Positions 13,201 to 23,661 are shown, counted from the first letter of the stretch. The stretch is 60,000 nucleotides of DNA from Malacoraja senta (GCA_038087875.1 CM075998.1:1304001-1364000), one strand, 5' to 3'. Numbers and translations: made by a program. Notes: generated by a model not told the origin, from the sequence alone.

Positions 13201-13429
13201 ATGTCAATTACGTAAAGTTTAAATCTGGTTCAGCTGCTCCTTAGTAAACTTTATTCTTCACAATACTCATTTGATTTGAAATAGCAACTGCCTGGCACTT
13301 AATTTTCTGGTCAGTAACAACTAAAGCTTTTTCTGCATTAGAAATAGAGCAACTCTTTTTGTTGGCAAATTAATTGAAGCTGTACTTACCAAGCAGGGCA
13401 AGGCTTGCTAAAACCAACAGTTGCAACAT
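4207..13429 (-). CDS. CELA1: Pancreatic elastase-1-like serine protease, copy A (intact, 8 exons, 260 aa)
   Basis: Exons 13390-13429, 11495-11562, 11185-11282, 9463-9588, 8177-8313, 6250-6395, 5416-5565, 4207-4224 sum to 783 nt and splice in frame. Signal peptide [16 protein letters not shown], activation site R|VIGG, triad TAAHC / NDIAL / GDSGGP. Eight Cys in the mature chain and no Cys122 (VQLGNLP), the CELA1-type disulfide pattern. Linked to GALNT6. Confidence 0.92.
5416..5565 (-). CDS. CELA1: Elastase copy A exon 7 (Ser195)
   Basis: [50 protein letters not shown]; 150 bp. Confidence 0.94.
6250..6395 (-). CDS. CELA1: Elastase copy A exon 6
   Basis: [48 protein letters not shown]; 146 bp. 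Confidence 0.94.
6843..7560 (-). mobile_element. Rex1/L2-type LINE 3' fragment in copy A intron 5
   Basis: ENILSGCI...[26 protein letters not shown]...[13 protein letters not shown]; tail acaataaactaaact on minus strand. Confidence 0.8.
8177..8313 (-). CDS. CELA1: Elastase copy A exon 5 (Asp102)
   Basis: [45 protein letters not shown]; 137 bp. Confidence 0.94.
8515..9260 (-). mobile_element. Old RTE-like fragment in elastase intron 4 (also in copy B at ~24735-25262 and ~26888-27070)
   Basis: YSELCHG...[18 protein letters not shown] is typical of an RTE C-terminus; (GAA)n tail at ~8515. Confidence 0.6.
9463..9588 (-). CDS. CELA1: Elastase copy A exon 4
   Basis: [41 protein letters not shown]; 126 bp. 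Confidence 0.93.
10838..11105 (+). mobile_element. tRNA-derived SINE
   Basis: A box TGGTGCAGAGG, B box GGTTCTATCC; CR1-like 3' end and (ctaaa)n tail. Confidence 0.8.
11185..11282 (-). CDS. CELA1: Elastase copy A exon 3 (His57)
   Basis: [32 protein letters not shown]; 98 bp. Confidence 0.94.
11495..11562 (-). CDS. CELA1: Elastase copy A exon 2
   Basis: [22 protein letters not shown]; 68 bp. Confidence 0.92.
11763..12190 (-). mobile_element. tRNA-derived SINE with nested CR1 3' tail (~12050-12150)
   Basis: Minus-strand B box GGTTCGATCC; (ctaaa)n tail; interrupted by gatgatcagccatgatc...cctattttctatg. Confidence 0.8.
13390..13429 (-). CDS. CELA1: Elastase copy A exon 1 (signal peptide)
   Basis: ATG TTG CAA...CTT G|GTAAGT; 40 bp; TATAAA 45 bp upstream. 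Confidence 0.9.
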
Positions 13430-13473
13430 CGTGGCAGGTGTATTGTAGAACCTTTTGACTGCATGGCCCAGCA

Positions 13474-13479
13474 TTTATA
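13474..13479 (-). promoter_or_regulatory. TATA box, elastase copy A
   Basis: TATAAA 45 bp upstream of ATG; conserved in copy B. Confidence 0.8.
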
Positions 13480-13615
13480 CACAGATTATATCAAACACTT
13501 GCCGTAAACTGGATCGACTCAGCTCATTTCGTAACTATGATAAAATCACAATGTTGATATTTAACAGTAAAAGATAAGCATTGGACATTATTTGGGGCTG
13601 CCAGAATTGATAGTA

Positions 13616-13633
13616 TGAGAAAATCTACAGGTG
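13616..13633 (-). promoter_or_regulatory. PTF1-type bipartite site (E-box + TC-box), copy A
   Basis: CACCTG-tagat-TTTCTCA: E-box and RBPJ/RBPJL-type box 5 nt apart. Confidence 0.65.
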
Positions 13634-13950
13634 ATATCAGTTTCTGTTCCAAAACAGAAATGGATAAATGCGCCTTTATTCAGGAAAAACTGAAAACCTT
13701 CTGCAGTGTTTATTTCCATTATCTTTTTTGCAGTCACCCCGTTGTTGTCTTTGGCAAAAAGGATCTGCTGCTGATCCTCTGCCAATGTTATTGTAAATGT
13801 AGGAGTCCAAGTAGGACACCTACACTTTAATCTTCCTTCGCTCCTTTGTGGGATGGTGTCTCACTCTGTTTTGCTGCAACTGTGTAATGAAGAGTGATAA
13901 CATCCTAGAACATTGTGGTGTAGTGATTGTGTTCTTGGAATGACAACTTA

Positions 13951-14995
13951 AGGGCCTGTCCCACTTGGCCGTCAATTACGCGACAGGCCGGGCGTGACTG
14001 ACGCGCGACGGTCGCGCGCGTCTTCATGCGTCAGCACAGCCGTCTGGAGCGCATGACGTCATTTGAATACCCAGTTTATGATATTTATGGAGATTTTCTA
14101 AAATGTTCCAGTTTCTTGAGTGGTGCTAGCAATTGGAAAACTGCAGATTTAATGCCCCTATTGTAAAAAAAAGGTGAATGAAAAGTAGCAAGCTGCAGAC
14201 CAAATTAATCTGTAGGAAGGAACTGCAGATGCTGGTTTAAATTGAAGATAGACACAAAATGCAGGAGTAACTCGGCAGGACATGCAGGATGATGTTTCGG
14301 GTCGAGACTCTTCTTCAGTCTGAAGAAGGGTCTCGACCTGAAACGTGACCCATTGCTTCTCTCCAGAGATGCTGCCGGTCCCGCTGAGTTACTCCAGCAT
14401 TTTATATCGCTTATCTGGTTTGCTCTTCCATTTCTACCAACTGCACCCCTTCTCATGTCATTCGTTCATCCAGCTGTAGGAGATACAACATTTGTCTTTT
14501 TAACCTCTTCCTTACCCACAATCCAGGGACCCAAGCAATGATTGCAAGTGAAGCATCAATTCACTTTTGCACCAGTGTATTTTGGTGTTCACCACGTAGT
14601 TTTCTCTACGAAACGGTGCAAATTTTTAAATCGCGCGCGCTTATATCCATGACGCGTAAAAGGCGGGCCGATTACGTATGGGCGGCGCGCGGCGGCGCAT
14701 GGTTACGCACGGTGACATAATCATGCGTCACCACGCGCTACACGTACGAGGTCAGGACGCCTGCGTGCGACTGCAATACGCCCGCGTGCGTACGCGATAC
14801 GTCACGCCGGAGGCGCGCAAAGATTTTGTGTCCTACAAAATCCTTGAGCGCCGCGCGATACCGCGCACAACTCCATACCCCTCCACGCTTATCCATGCGA
14901 CCGTCTCGCGCGGCCCACACGCTACATGTGCGTCTCAACGCGACGACGAGGTTGCGTAAATGGCGCGCAAATGACGGCCAAGTGGGACAGGCCCT
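13951..14995. mobile_element. MITE / non-autonomous DNA transposon (PIF/Harbinger-like) with foreign AT-rich interior
   Basis: TIRs AGGGCCTGTCCCACTTGGCCGTCA ... TGACGGCCAAGTGGGACAGGCCCT; TNA flanks; empty site in copy B at ~31883. Confidence 0.85.
14211..14405. repeat. Penelope-type hairpin repeat with head-to-head hammerhead-like cores
   Basis: Inverted arms centred on cttcttcagtctgaagaag; family copies at ~12601-12733, 31495-31590, 36145-36340, 50331-50510, 53055-53262, 55455-55630, 57155-57252. Confidence 0.75.
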
Positions 14996-15159
14996 TGAGT
15001 TATTCTAATTACAAACTTGGCCTACAAGTTGTGAAACTGAATTCAATAATACTGATAATGATGTGTGGGTTGGCCATAGAAATGAAATGACCATGAATGC
15101 TGCCAGATTGTCATTAAACACTAATGTCCTCAGGGAAGGAGACATGCTTCCCACACCTG

Positions 15160-15277
15160 CTCTGGACCACACTGTTGGTTTCATACAAAGCCTGCATCTT
15201 CCTGCATAAATGAAGTTAGTCACTCCATGGACATGGTACTTCTCACCCTGCTGACAGTTCAGTGGACCACAGGAATT
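15160..15277 (-). pseudogene. Orphan degenerate elastase exon 7 relic
   Basis: NSCGPLNCQQGEKYHVHGVTNFIYAGRCRLCMKPTVWSR aligns to DSGGPLNC...VHGATSF...C..MKPTVWTR; preceded by a pyrimidine tract lacking AG. Confidence 0.85.
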
Positions 15278-15763
15278 GGGTAGGGAATAAAAGAGGGAAC
15301 ACCCATTGCCATCCTGTTTCTCTAAATCCTCTAGAGTTTCTCTCACAACATTTAAGAACTATCCAGGCAAACACTCAAATTACCAAGGTATAGCTGTTAA
15401 TGGACTAAATCAGATTAGTGGAGATCGATGGTCAGCATGAACGTGGTGGGTTGAAGGGATTGTATTCTGTGCTGTGTGACATGATAACACTGACACATGA
15501 ACAGATTGGGCCATTGACTCATCCAGCTCATTCATTCCATTCAGAATATAAAATCTACCAAATTGTTAATTCTACCCCAAAATCATTTCCTGCGGATTGA
15601 TTATTCATGAATATCCCTGATTATACAAATGTGACCAGGTAATTTTCTAATTGGTTTACAACCTGCTCACCACATGCAACACAATACTCCAGAGCAGAAA
15701 CAAAAAATTGCAAAAAAGGGTGAATGAACAACTACTAAGCCGCAAATATCAGTTCATCAGTCT

Positions 15764-16451
15764 ATGAAAGTAAGCATGCAGGTACAGCAGGCAGTGAAGA
15801 AAGCGAATGGCATGTTGGCCTTTATAACAAGAGGAGTCGAGTATAGGAGCAAAAAGGTCCTCTGCAGTTGTACAGAGCCCTAGTGAGACCACACCTGGAG
15901 TATTGTGTGCAGTTTTGGTCCCCTAATTTGAGGAAGGACATTCTTGCTATTGAGAGAGTGCAGCATAGGTTTACAAGGTTAATTCCAGGAATGGCGGGAC
16001 TGTCATATGCTGAGAGAATGGAGCAGTTGGGCTTGTACACTCTGGAGTTTAGAAGGATGAGAGGGCATCTCATTGAAACATATAAGATTGTTAAGGGTTT
16101 GGACACGCAGGAGGCAGGAAACATGTTCCCGATGTTGGGGGAGTCCAGAACCAGGGGCCACAGTTTAAGAATAAGGAGTAAGCCATTTAGAACGGAGTCG
16201 AGGAAACACTTTTTCTCACAGAGAGTTGTGAGTCTGTGGAATTCTCTGCCTCAGAGGGCGGTGGAGGCCGGTTCTCTGGATACTTTCAAGAGAGAGCTAG
16301 ATAGGGCTCTTAAAGATAGTGGAGTCAGGGGATATGGGGAGAAGGCAGGAACGGGGTACTGATTGGGGATGATCAGCCATGATCACATTGAATGGCGGTG
16401 CTGGCTCGAAGGGCCGAATGGCCTACTCCTGCACCTATTGTCTATTGTCTA
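15764..16451 (+). mobile_element. CR1 LINE 3' fragment
   Basis: [19 protein letters not shown]...TRGHSLRI...WNSLP; 3' tail cctattgtctattgtct. Confidence 0.93.
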
Positions 16452-16689
16452 AATATAATGGGAACCGTCATACCCATTAATATCATTGTGAAACCAAAAC
16501 TAGTTTTTACGTGATAAACACTTTTAATGAGTGCTGTATTACATCAGGAAATTTTATTCTCAACAATTCCCAGAGGTGAGATAAGAGTGACTAGCCGTGA
16601 TGTCAAGGCAGCAAGTGTGGCATCAAGAAGCCATGATAAAATTAAAATCAATGGATTAAAGTGCCTGGCCCACAGTTACACAGTTTACC

Positions 16690-17420
16690 AGGGGCGCTGC
16701 ACGATTGGCAGCCCCGCCAACAGTCTGTCTGTTTTTTCGTCCTTTTTTGTTATTTTTAGTGCGTTTAAAAAGTTTGTGTAAATGTTCTCCGGTTTGTTTT
16801 ATGTGGAAGGAGGGGGTCGGGGGAAACTTTTTAAAAATCTCTTACCTTGCCGGAGATGCGATTGTTTTCCGGATTGTGTCTCCGGTCGCTCTGCGGCCTA
16901 ACATCGTGGAGCTGGAGGCCTCCTCGGACTGACTTTGAGCATGGACTTAACATCGGAGCCGATCCCTTGCCTGGGATCGTTCCAACCGCGGCCTGCGGAC
17001 TTTACATTCGAAAGCTCGCAGTCTCGGGAGAGGCCGAGTCGGGAGCTCCAACGAGGCAGAATGTTCGACAAGCCATGACCCGGGGGTCAGATCTCTCAGC
17101 GCGGGGGAGCTGACATCCCCCCCAATGTGGGAGCTGATCACCCCGACATGAGGGCCCAAATGTTGCCGGCTATGGGAGTCAAGATTGTCCCGTCAACGGA
17201 AGGCTCAAGGGAGAACAAAGAAGGGAAGAGATTGAACTTTTTTTCACCTTCCATCACAGTGAGGAATGTGAAGGGGTCACTGTGGTGGATGTTCATGTTA
17301 AAATGTATTTTGTGTGTTTTGTTGCTTTTTATTGGTATGACTATGGCAAATGAAATTCCTCGTATGTTGCAAAACATACTTGGCTAATAAAGTACTATTA
17401 TGATCATGATTATTATGATT
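16690..17420 (+). mobile_element. CpG-rich non-autonomous retroelement (related family)
   Basis: gtctgtctgttttt..., ggcctaacatcgtggagctgg..., ccttccatcacagtgagg..., aataaa + (attatg)n tail. Confidence 0.65.
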
Positions 17421-18389
17421 TTATTTTGAAGCTTCTTCATGGCTGATTATGCAAACACATTGCAAGGGGCAATGGCTCGTTCTTCATTCTGACACCGCAT
17501 GATACAGCCCTTTAAAACAGCAATATATTACACCATCTATGCAACTGCACTCAATTTGGATGAAAAACAGAAACATGAAATGAAAATAGAAATACACTTA
17601 CAAGGAAAGCACCATGTGGCTGGGATTTTTTTTCCGGGGGTAGCTTGGAGTTAAATTTGGGATGCAGCACACTTCGAAACATTACACTGCAGAATCGAAA
17701 ATAAAAAGCTTGTGGGCGTTACTGCATATGAACCTTTTTACGTTTTCAATTTTGTCCTGTATCCAAGTGATTATTATAAAGAAAAGCAGTCCTGCCTCCA
17801 GGAAACCTCACTGCAATAGTTCCCTCTAAAAAGCAACTTTTCACTTCTAATTTCTGTTACTCCGTCATTTGTTAACCATGCTGTTACACCACAGCGACTT
17901 TTAATGTCGTAGGCTTCCAGCTCCATGCCCCAACCCCTAAAACATCCTGACTCTTGTTCTGGATGACGTTCTACCTAGGTTTTCACAAAAACTTTGATAA
18001 CTAGTGGTTGCCTATCTTTGGCCTTCCATACTTCAGCATTACCCTTTGGAGAAGGGAGGATTTGATTCTAATATTAAGCTTTCTATTGATTACTTTGTGC
18101 ACCTTTGATTGATTACATTGTGCATCGTCTGCAGAATGTTCACTGCTTTCATTACTTTTGACTTTTAACTCAAGTTTTCCACACTCAGGCATGGCCTTTA
18201 TGGCTCAGTAACACACAAGGTGTTGCATTTAACACTGAGTCATCAGGGAAAAGGTTAGTTTGCTCTCACTCAGCAGATATAACAGAAACATTTTATTAAT
18301 CTTGGAAACTGTAGTGGATATGTGATTAATGCCAAAGCACATATCCATGCTTTAACTCTTCAATCCAATTTAACAATTGATTGATTAAA

Positions 18390-18690
18390 GGGTACACCCA
18401 GGAAACAGGCCCTTTGACGCACCAAGTCAACGCCAACTATCGATCATCCGTTCACACTAGTTCCATGTTATCCCACTTTCTCATCCACTCCCTACACATT
18501 TGGGGCAATTTACAAAAAAAACCCTAAAAAACCTGTACATCTTAAGGATGTGTGAGGAAACTGGAGCACCCAGAAACCCATGCGGCCACAGAGAGAATGT
18601 GCAATCTCCGCACAGACAGTACCTGAGATCAGGATCAAACCCAGGTCGCTGGCGCTGTGAGGCAGCAGCTCCACCAGCTGCACCACCAAC
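18390..18690 (-). mobile_element. tRNA-derived SINE
   Basis: Same family as 10838; A/B boxes at ~18630-18690. Confidence 0.75.
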
Positions 18691-19064
18691 ATCAATCTTC
18701 TTTCCCAGACCAACATTCCCAACATTTAGGTCCTAATTATTCTCAGTTGTCTCTATGAGGCAGGCCATCTCATAAGCATGCCTGATGCCTGAAACAAATT
18801 CTTTAATTTTAGGTAACTAAACCTTCAAGCACAGACCCCCTTCGCCCGCCACCCTTTATCCCCTCTCTTCCCTATGCCCCACCCAGGTGTGCTTCCATTT
18901 ATCCCTTCCCCCCTGTCCCCATCCACATATATACTTTCCTCTGGCTTCACATTTTGTGCTTCGTCTTTGCTATCTCTATCTCACACTTTTTAGGAGCATA
19001 GAAAAATAGGTGCAGGAGTAGGCTATTCGGCCCTTCGAGCCAGCACCGCCATTCAATGTGATCA

Positions 19065-20603
19065 TATAACCATATAACCATATAACCATAACAGCACGGA
19101 AACAGGCCATCTCGGCCCTTCAAGTCCGTGCCGAACATTTTTTATTTTTTATTTATTATTATTTTTTTTAAATTAAAAATAAATACTTCCCCCTAGTCCC
19201 ATCTACCTGCACTCAGACCATAACCCTCCATTCCTTTCCCGTCCATATACCCATCCAATCTATTTTTAAAGGATAACATCGAACCTGCCTCCACCACTTC
19301 CACTGGAAGCTCATTCCACACAGCTACCACTCTCTGAGTAAAGAAGTTCCCCCTAATGTTCCCCCTAAACTTCTGTCCCTTAATTCTCAAGTCATGTCCC
19401 CTTGTTTGAATCTTCCCTACTCTCAATGGGAAAAGCTTATCCACGTCCACTCTGTCTAACCCGCTCATAATTTTAAAGACCTCTATCAAGTCCCCTCTTA
19501 ACCTTCTGCGCTCCAAAGAATAAAGACCTAACTTGTTCAAACCTTTCTCTGTAACTTAGTTGCTGAAACCCAGGCAACATTCTAGTAAATCTCCTCTGTA
19601 CTCTCTCTATTTTGTTGACATCCTTCCTATAATTAGGCGACCAAAATTGTACTCCATACTCCAGAATTGGCCTCACCAATGCCTTGTACAATTTTAACAT
19701 TACATCCCAACTTCTATATTCAATGCTCTGATTTATAAAGGCCAGCACACCAAAAGCTTTCTTTACCACCCTATCTACATGAGATTCCACCTTCAGGGAA
19801 CTATGCACAGTTATTCCTAGATCCCTCTGTTCAACTGCATTCCTCAATTCGCTACCATTTACCGTGTACGTCCTATTTTGATTTGTCCTGCCGAGATGTA
19901 GCACCTCACATTTGTCAGCATTAAACTCCATCTGCCATCTTTCAGCCCACTCTTCCAAATGGCCTAAATCTCTCTGTAGACTTTGAAAATCTACTTCATT
20001 ATCCACAACACCACCTATCTTAGTATCATCTGCATACTTACTAATCCAATTTTCCACACCATCATCCAGATCATTGATGTACATGACAAACAACAGTGGA
20101 CCCAACACAGACCCCTGAGGCACCCCACTAGTCACCGGCCTCCAACCTGACAAACAGCCATCCACCATTACTCTCTGGCATCTCCCATTCAGCCACTGTT
20201 GAATCCATCTTGCTACTCCACCATTAATACCCAACAATTGAATCTTCTTAACCAACCTTCCATGAGGAACCTTGTCAAAGGCCTTACTGAAGTCCATATA
20301 GACAACATCCACTGCTTTACCCTCATCAAATTCCCTAGTAACCTCTTCGAAAAATTCAAGAAGATTAGTCAAGCATGACCTTCCAGGCACAAATCCATGT
20401 TGACTGTTCCTAATCAGACCCTGCTTATCCAGATGCTTATATATATTATCTTTAAGTATCCTTTCCATTAATTTGCCCACAACTGACGTCAAACTAACAG
20501 GTCTATAATTGCTAGGTTTACTCTTCGAACCTTTTTAAACAACGGAACAACATGCGCAGTACGCCAATCCTCCGGCACTATTCCCGTTTCTAATGACATT
20601 TCA
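19065..20603 (-). mobile_element. CR1 LINE, 5'-truncated, RT domain; nested in an older CR1 3' end
   Basis: ORF 19473-20492 with QHGF, DFSKAFDKVPH, GVPQGSVLGPLLF, YADD; C-terminus continues in 19193-19540 after a frameshift; (TATATGGT)n-like tail at ~19065-19090. Confidence 0.93.
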
Positions 20604-21349
20604 TTGCTGATCATCTAAAATCAGTACCCCGTTCCTGCTTTTACCCCATATCCCATGATTCCTTTAGCCCTAAGAGCTAAATCTATCTCTGAAAACATCC
20701 AGTGAATTGGCCACCACAGCCTTCTGTGACTCCTGGTTCTGGATTCCCCCAACATCGGGAACATGACAAAATCATGAGGGGAATAGATCGGGTAGATGCA
20801 CAGAGTCTTTTACCCAGAATAGGGGAATCGAGGACCAGAGGACATAGAACGGCCTGGAACATCGGGCCTCCGTAGCGGCGACTGTGGAGCCTCAATAGGA
20901 CCGACTATGGGTGGACATGGGGATGGGCACTCGACTTTGTGCCTTCCCTCACAGTGGGAACCATTGTGGGGGGATGTTTTTATATTTAATGTTAAACTTC
21001 TTCTTTAATGCTATGTTGTATTTTTATTAGTGTGCTGCAAGGACATCTGAATTTCCCCTAAATAAGGGATTAATAAAGTAATTATTCTATTCTATTCTAT
21101 TCTATAGGTTCAAGTGAAAGGGAAAAGATTAATAGGAATCCGAGGGTATCTTTTCACAAAGTTGTATGGAACAAGCCATGAGGAGGTAGTTGAGGCTGGA
21201 ACTATCCATCGTTTAAGAAACAGTTGGACAGGTACATGGATAGGGCAGATTTGGAGGGTTATGGACCAAGCGCAGCAAGTGGGACTAGGGTAGCTGGGAC
21301 ATTGTTGGCCGGTGTGGGCGAGTTGGGCCGAAGGGCCTGTTTCCACTCT

Positions 21350-21795
21350 CTATGAATCTATAACTCTATGACAATACTCCAGGTGCGGTCCCAACAGGGG
21401 CCCTGTAGAACTGCAGTAGGACCTCCTTGCCCCCAAAACTCAAATCCTCTCACATGCCAATAGTTTTCTTCACTACCTGCTATACCTGCATGTTTACTTT
21501 CAGTGACTGATGTACAAGCACACCCAGGTCTCGTTGCACCTCCCACTTTTCCTAATCTGTGGTACCATTTAGATAATAATCTGCCTTCCTGTTCTTGCCA
21601 TCAAAGTGGATAACCTCACATTTATCCACATTATACTGCATCTGCCATGCATCTGCCCACTCACCCAACCTATCCAAGTCATCCTGCAGCCTCATGGCAT
21701 CCTCATCGCAGCTCATGCTGCCACTGCCACCCAGCTTTGTGTCATCTGCAAACTTGGAGATGTCACATTTAATTCCCTCGTCTAAATCATTAATT
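21350..21795 (-). mobile_element. CR1 RT fragment
   Basis: INDLDEGIKCDISKFADDTKLGG...WQMQYNVDKCEVIHF. Confidence 0.88.
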
Positions 21796-22498
21796 AAAAA
21801 AAAAAAGATCTGTTCCCCGAGAGCTCCCTCCTCAACCGGGTCCTCCGAGATACTCCTCCACGGGGTCCTCCTGTTTCCCGAGAGCCTCCGGCAGGACAAT
21901 GCTGTCACGAGGCATTGCTGCCACTGGCGGTGACGTCAGTGGGAAGGCTGGGCCAGGCCCAGGCCTGGGGACAGCGGCCGACGAGGAGCAGCTCCTGTCG
22001 AAGGTGACGCCCTGAAAACAGCCTGGTCATTGCTCTGCAGCGATGGATGTCGCGCTGGTGCAGAATTCTTGACATGAGAGATGGGGTGGGGGGTATTCAT
22101 CTCTGCCTTTTTCCAACCATCTGCCAATCAATACTTCCCCCCCCCCTCATCTGTATCCACCTATCACTTGCCCAAACCTATCCCGTCATCCAACTTTCTC
22201 CTACAAAAATTAATCTGAAGAAGGGTCCCGACCCAAAACACCGCCTATCCACGTTCTCCCAGAAATGCTGTCTGACCCATTGAATTACTTCAGCACTTTA
22301 TGTCTTTTTCTGTCAACAAAGAGAATATCTTTCATGGCATGGAGTGCATCCAATCTATTTATACAAATGATATCAAAATCAAGAGGCAACAAACAGGATA
22401 ATGTATGCATTTTTTTATTTTCTTGCTTTATTTTAATCCAGTTAATGGAATTACATGCCTTGGTTGCATGTTGCACTTTGGCTGTCGCAATCCAGCAT

Positions 22499-22516
22499 TT
22501 AATACAAAGCGATTTT
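22499..22516 (-). CDS. CELA1: Elastase copy B exon 8 (KIALY*), AATAAA at 22427-22432
   Basis: TTTTATTTTCCAG|AAA ATC GCT TTG TAT TAA. Confidence 0.8.
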   Translation of the reverse strand, partial: KIALY

Positions 22517-22857
22517 CTGGAAAATAAAACAGGATTGTCATTATTTATTGTGAAACGCTTCAATTTGGGTCTGAACAGGAACTTGTCTCTTACAGATGTG
22601 TTGTGTGAGGGAGAATTTCCACAAGAGTTTCTCAACCTCTCCCTGCAACTTTAGTGGAAGATTGGGAAACACCTTATTTACATTTTTTTCTGGAGATTTT
22701 ACACATCAGATTTTCCATTTCGGTTTCCACCATGACAAGATGTGTCCTGCGATCTCATCACAGAAAGCTCTGTGCAAGGTGTGCTAAATCAGAATATTTA
22801 TTTGGTAGCATATTTTATAGAATATAAAAATATAATGAAAATCAAAAGCTAACGTAC

Positions 22858-23009
22858 ATTATTGATCCAGGTGATGTAAGCTGAGACGGCGGGTCCCATA
22901 CGGTTGGTTTCATGTATGTGTCACATCCTGCTGCAGCTACAAAGCTTGTGGCTCCATGGACATAGTAAGTACCATTTTGCTCACAATTCAGAGGACCTCC
23001 AGAATCTCC
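22858..23009 (-). CDS. CELA1: Elastase copy B exon 7 (two 1-nt insertions)
   Basis: [38 protein letters not shown] then frameshift; 152 bp vs 150. Confidence 0.85.
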
Positions 23010-23516
23010 CTTGGAGAAAGTTGGTGAAACCATTATTTTCAATCTCTCAGACTGGTTTATAAAATATATTATTACATTTTAAAAGGTAATTGAAATCAAG
23101 AGCAATACAAAAAAAGGAAAAGGAACAGGGAGGAACAGAGAAAGAGAAATACTTGAAAGGAAAATGGAAACTAAGTAAGAACCGTAGTAATATGTCAGCA
23201 AGAAATTGCTGACAGCAAAGGAAATAATGAAAACGTTGCATTTACATGGGCCCTTTCATAACCTCAAAGTATTCCAAAGTGTTTTGCAGCCAGTTTGCAC
23301 TAGAAACAGAACTGTGACATCGACCAAGTAATTGTTTTGATTGTGTTCATTGCGAGGTAGATATTGCTGCAGAACATATTGCTGAATTCCCCTGCTCCTT
23401 TTAAAAATAGTCGTGATCTTTTACGTCCTCCCACAAAGGCAGACAAAACCTCATTCTAATGGCTCAGAAGAAAGATGATGCCTCTTCCATTGTAAGAGAG
23501 TATCTACGTTTATTAC

Positions 23517-23661
23517 CTGACAACCAGCATGATGCCGTCACCTCCAGCACACACCATGTTGTTGTTAACATAGTCACCCCACCATGCAGGCTGGGAACAT
23601 ACTTCATAGGAAACAACCTTGATAGCAGCTTGTTGAAGGGCAGGACTAACATATCCATTGT
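23517..23661 (-). CDS. CELA1: Elastase copy B exon 6 (1-nt deletion near 3' end)
   Basis: [43 protein letters not shown]/-AGCQ; 145 bp vs 146 in copy A. Confidence 0.85.
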
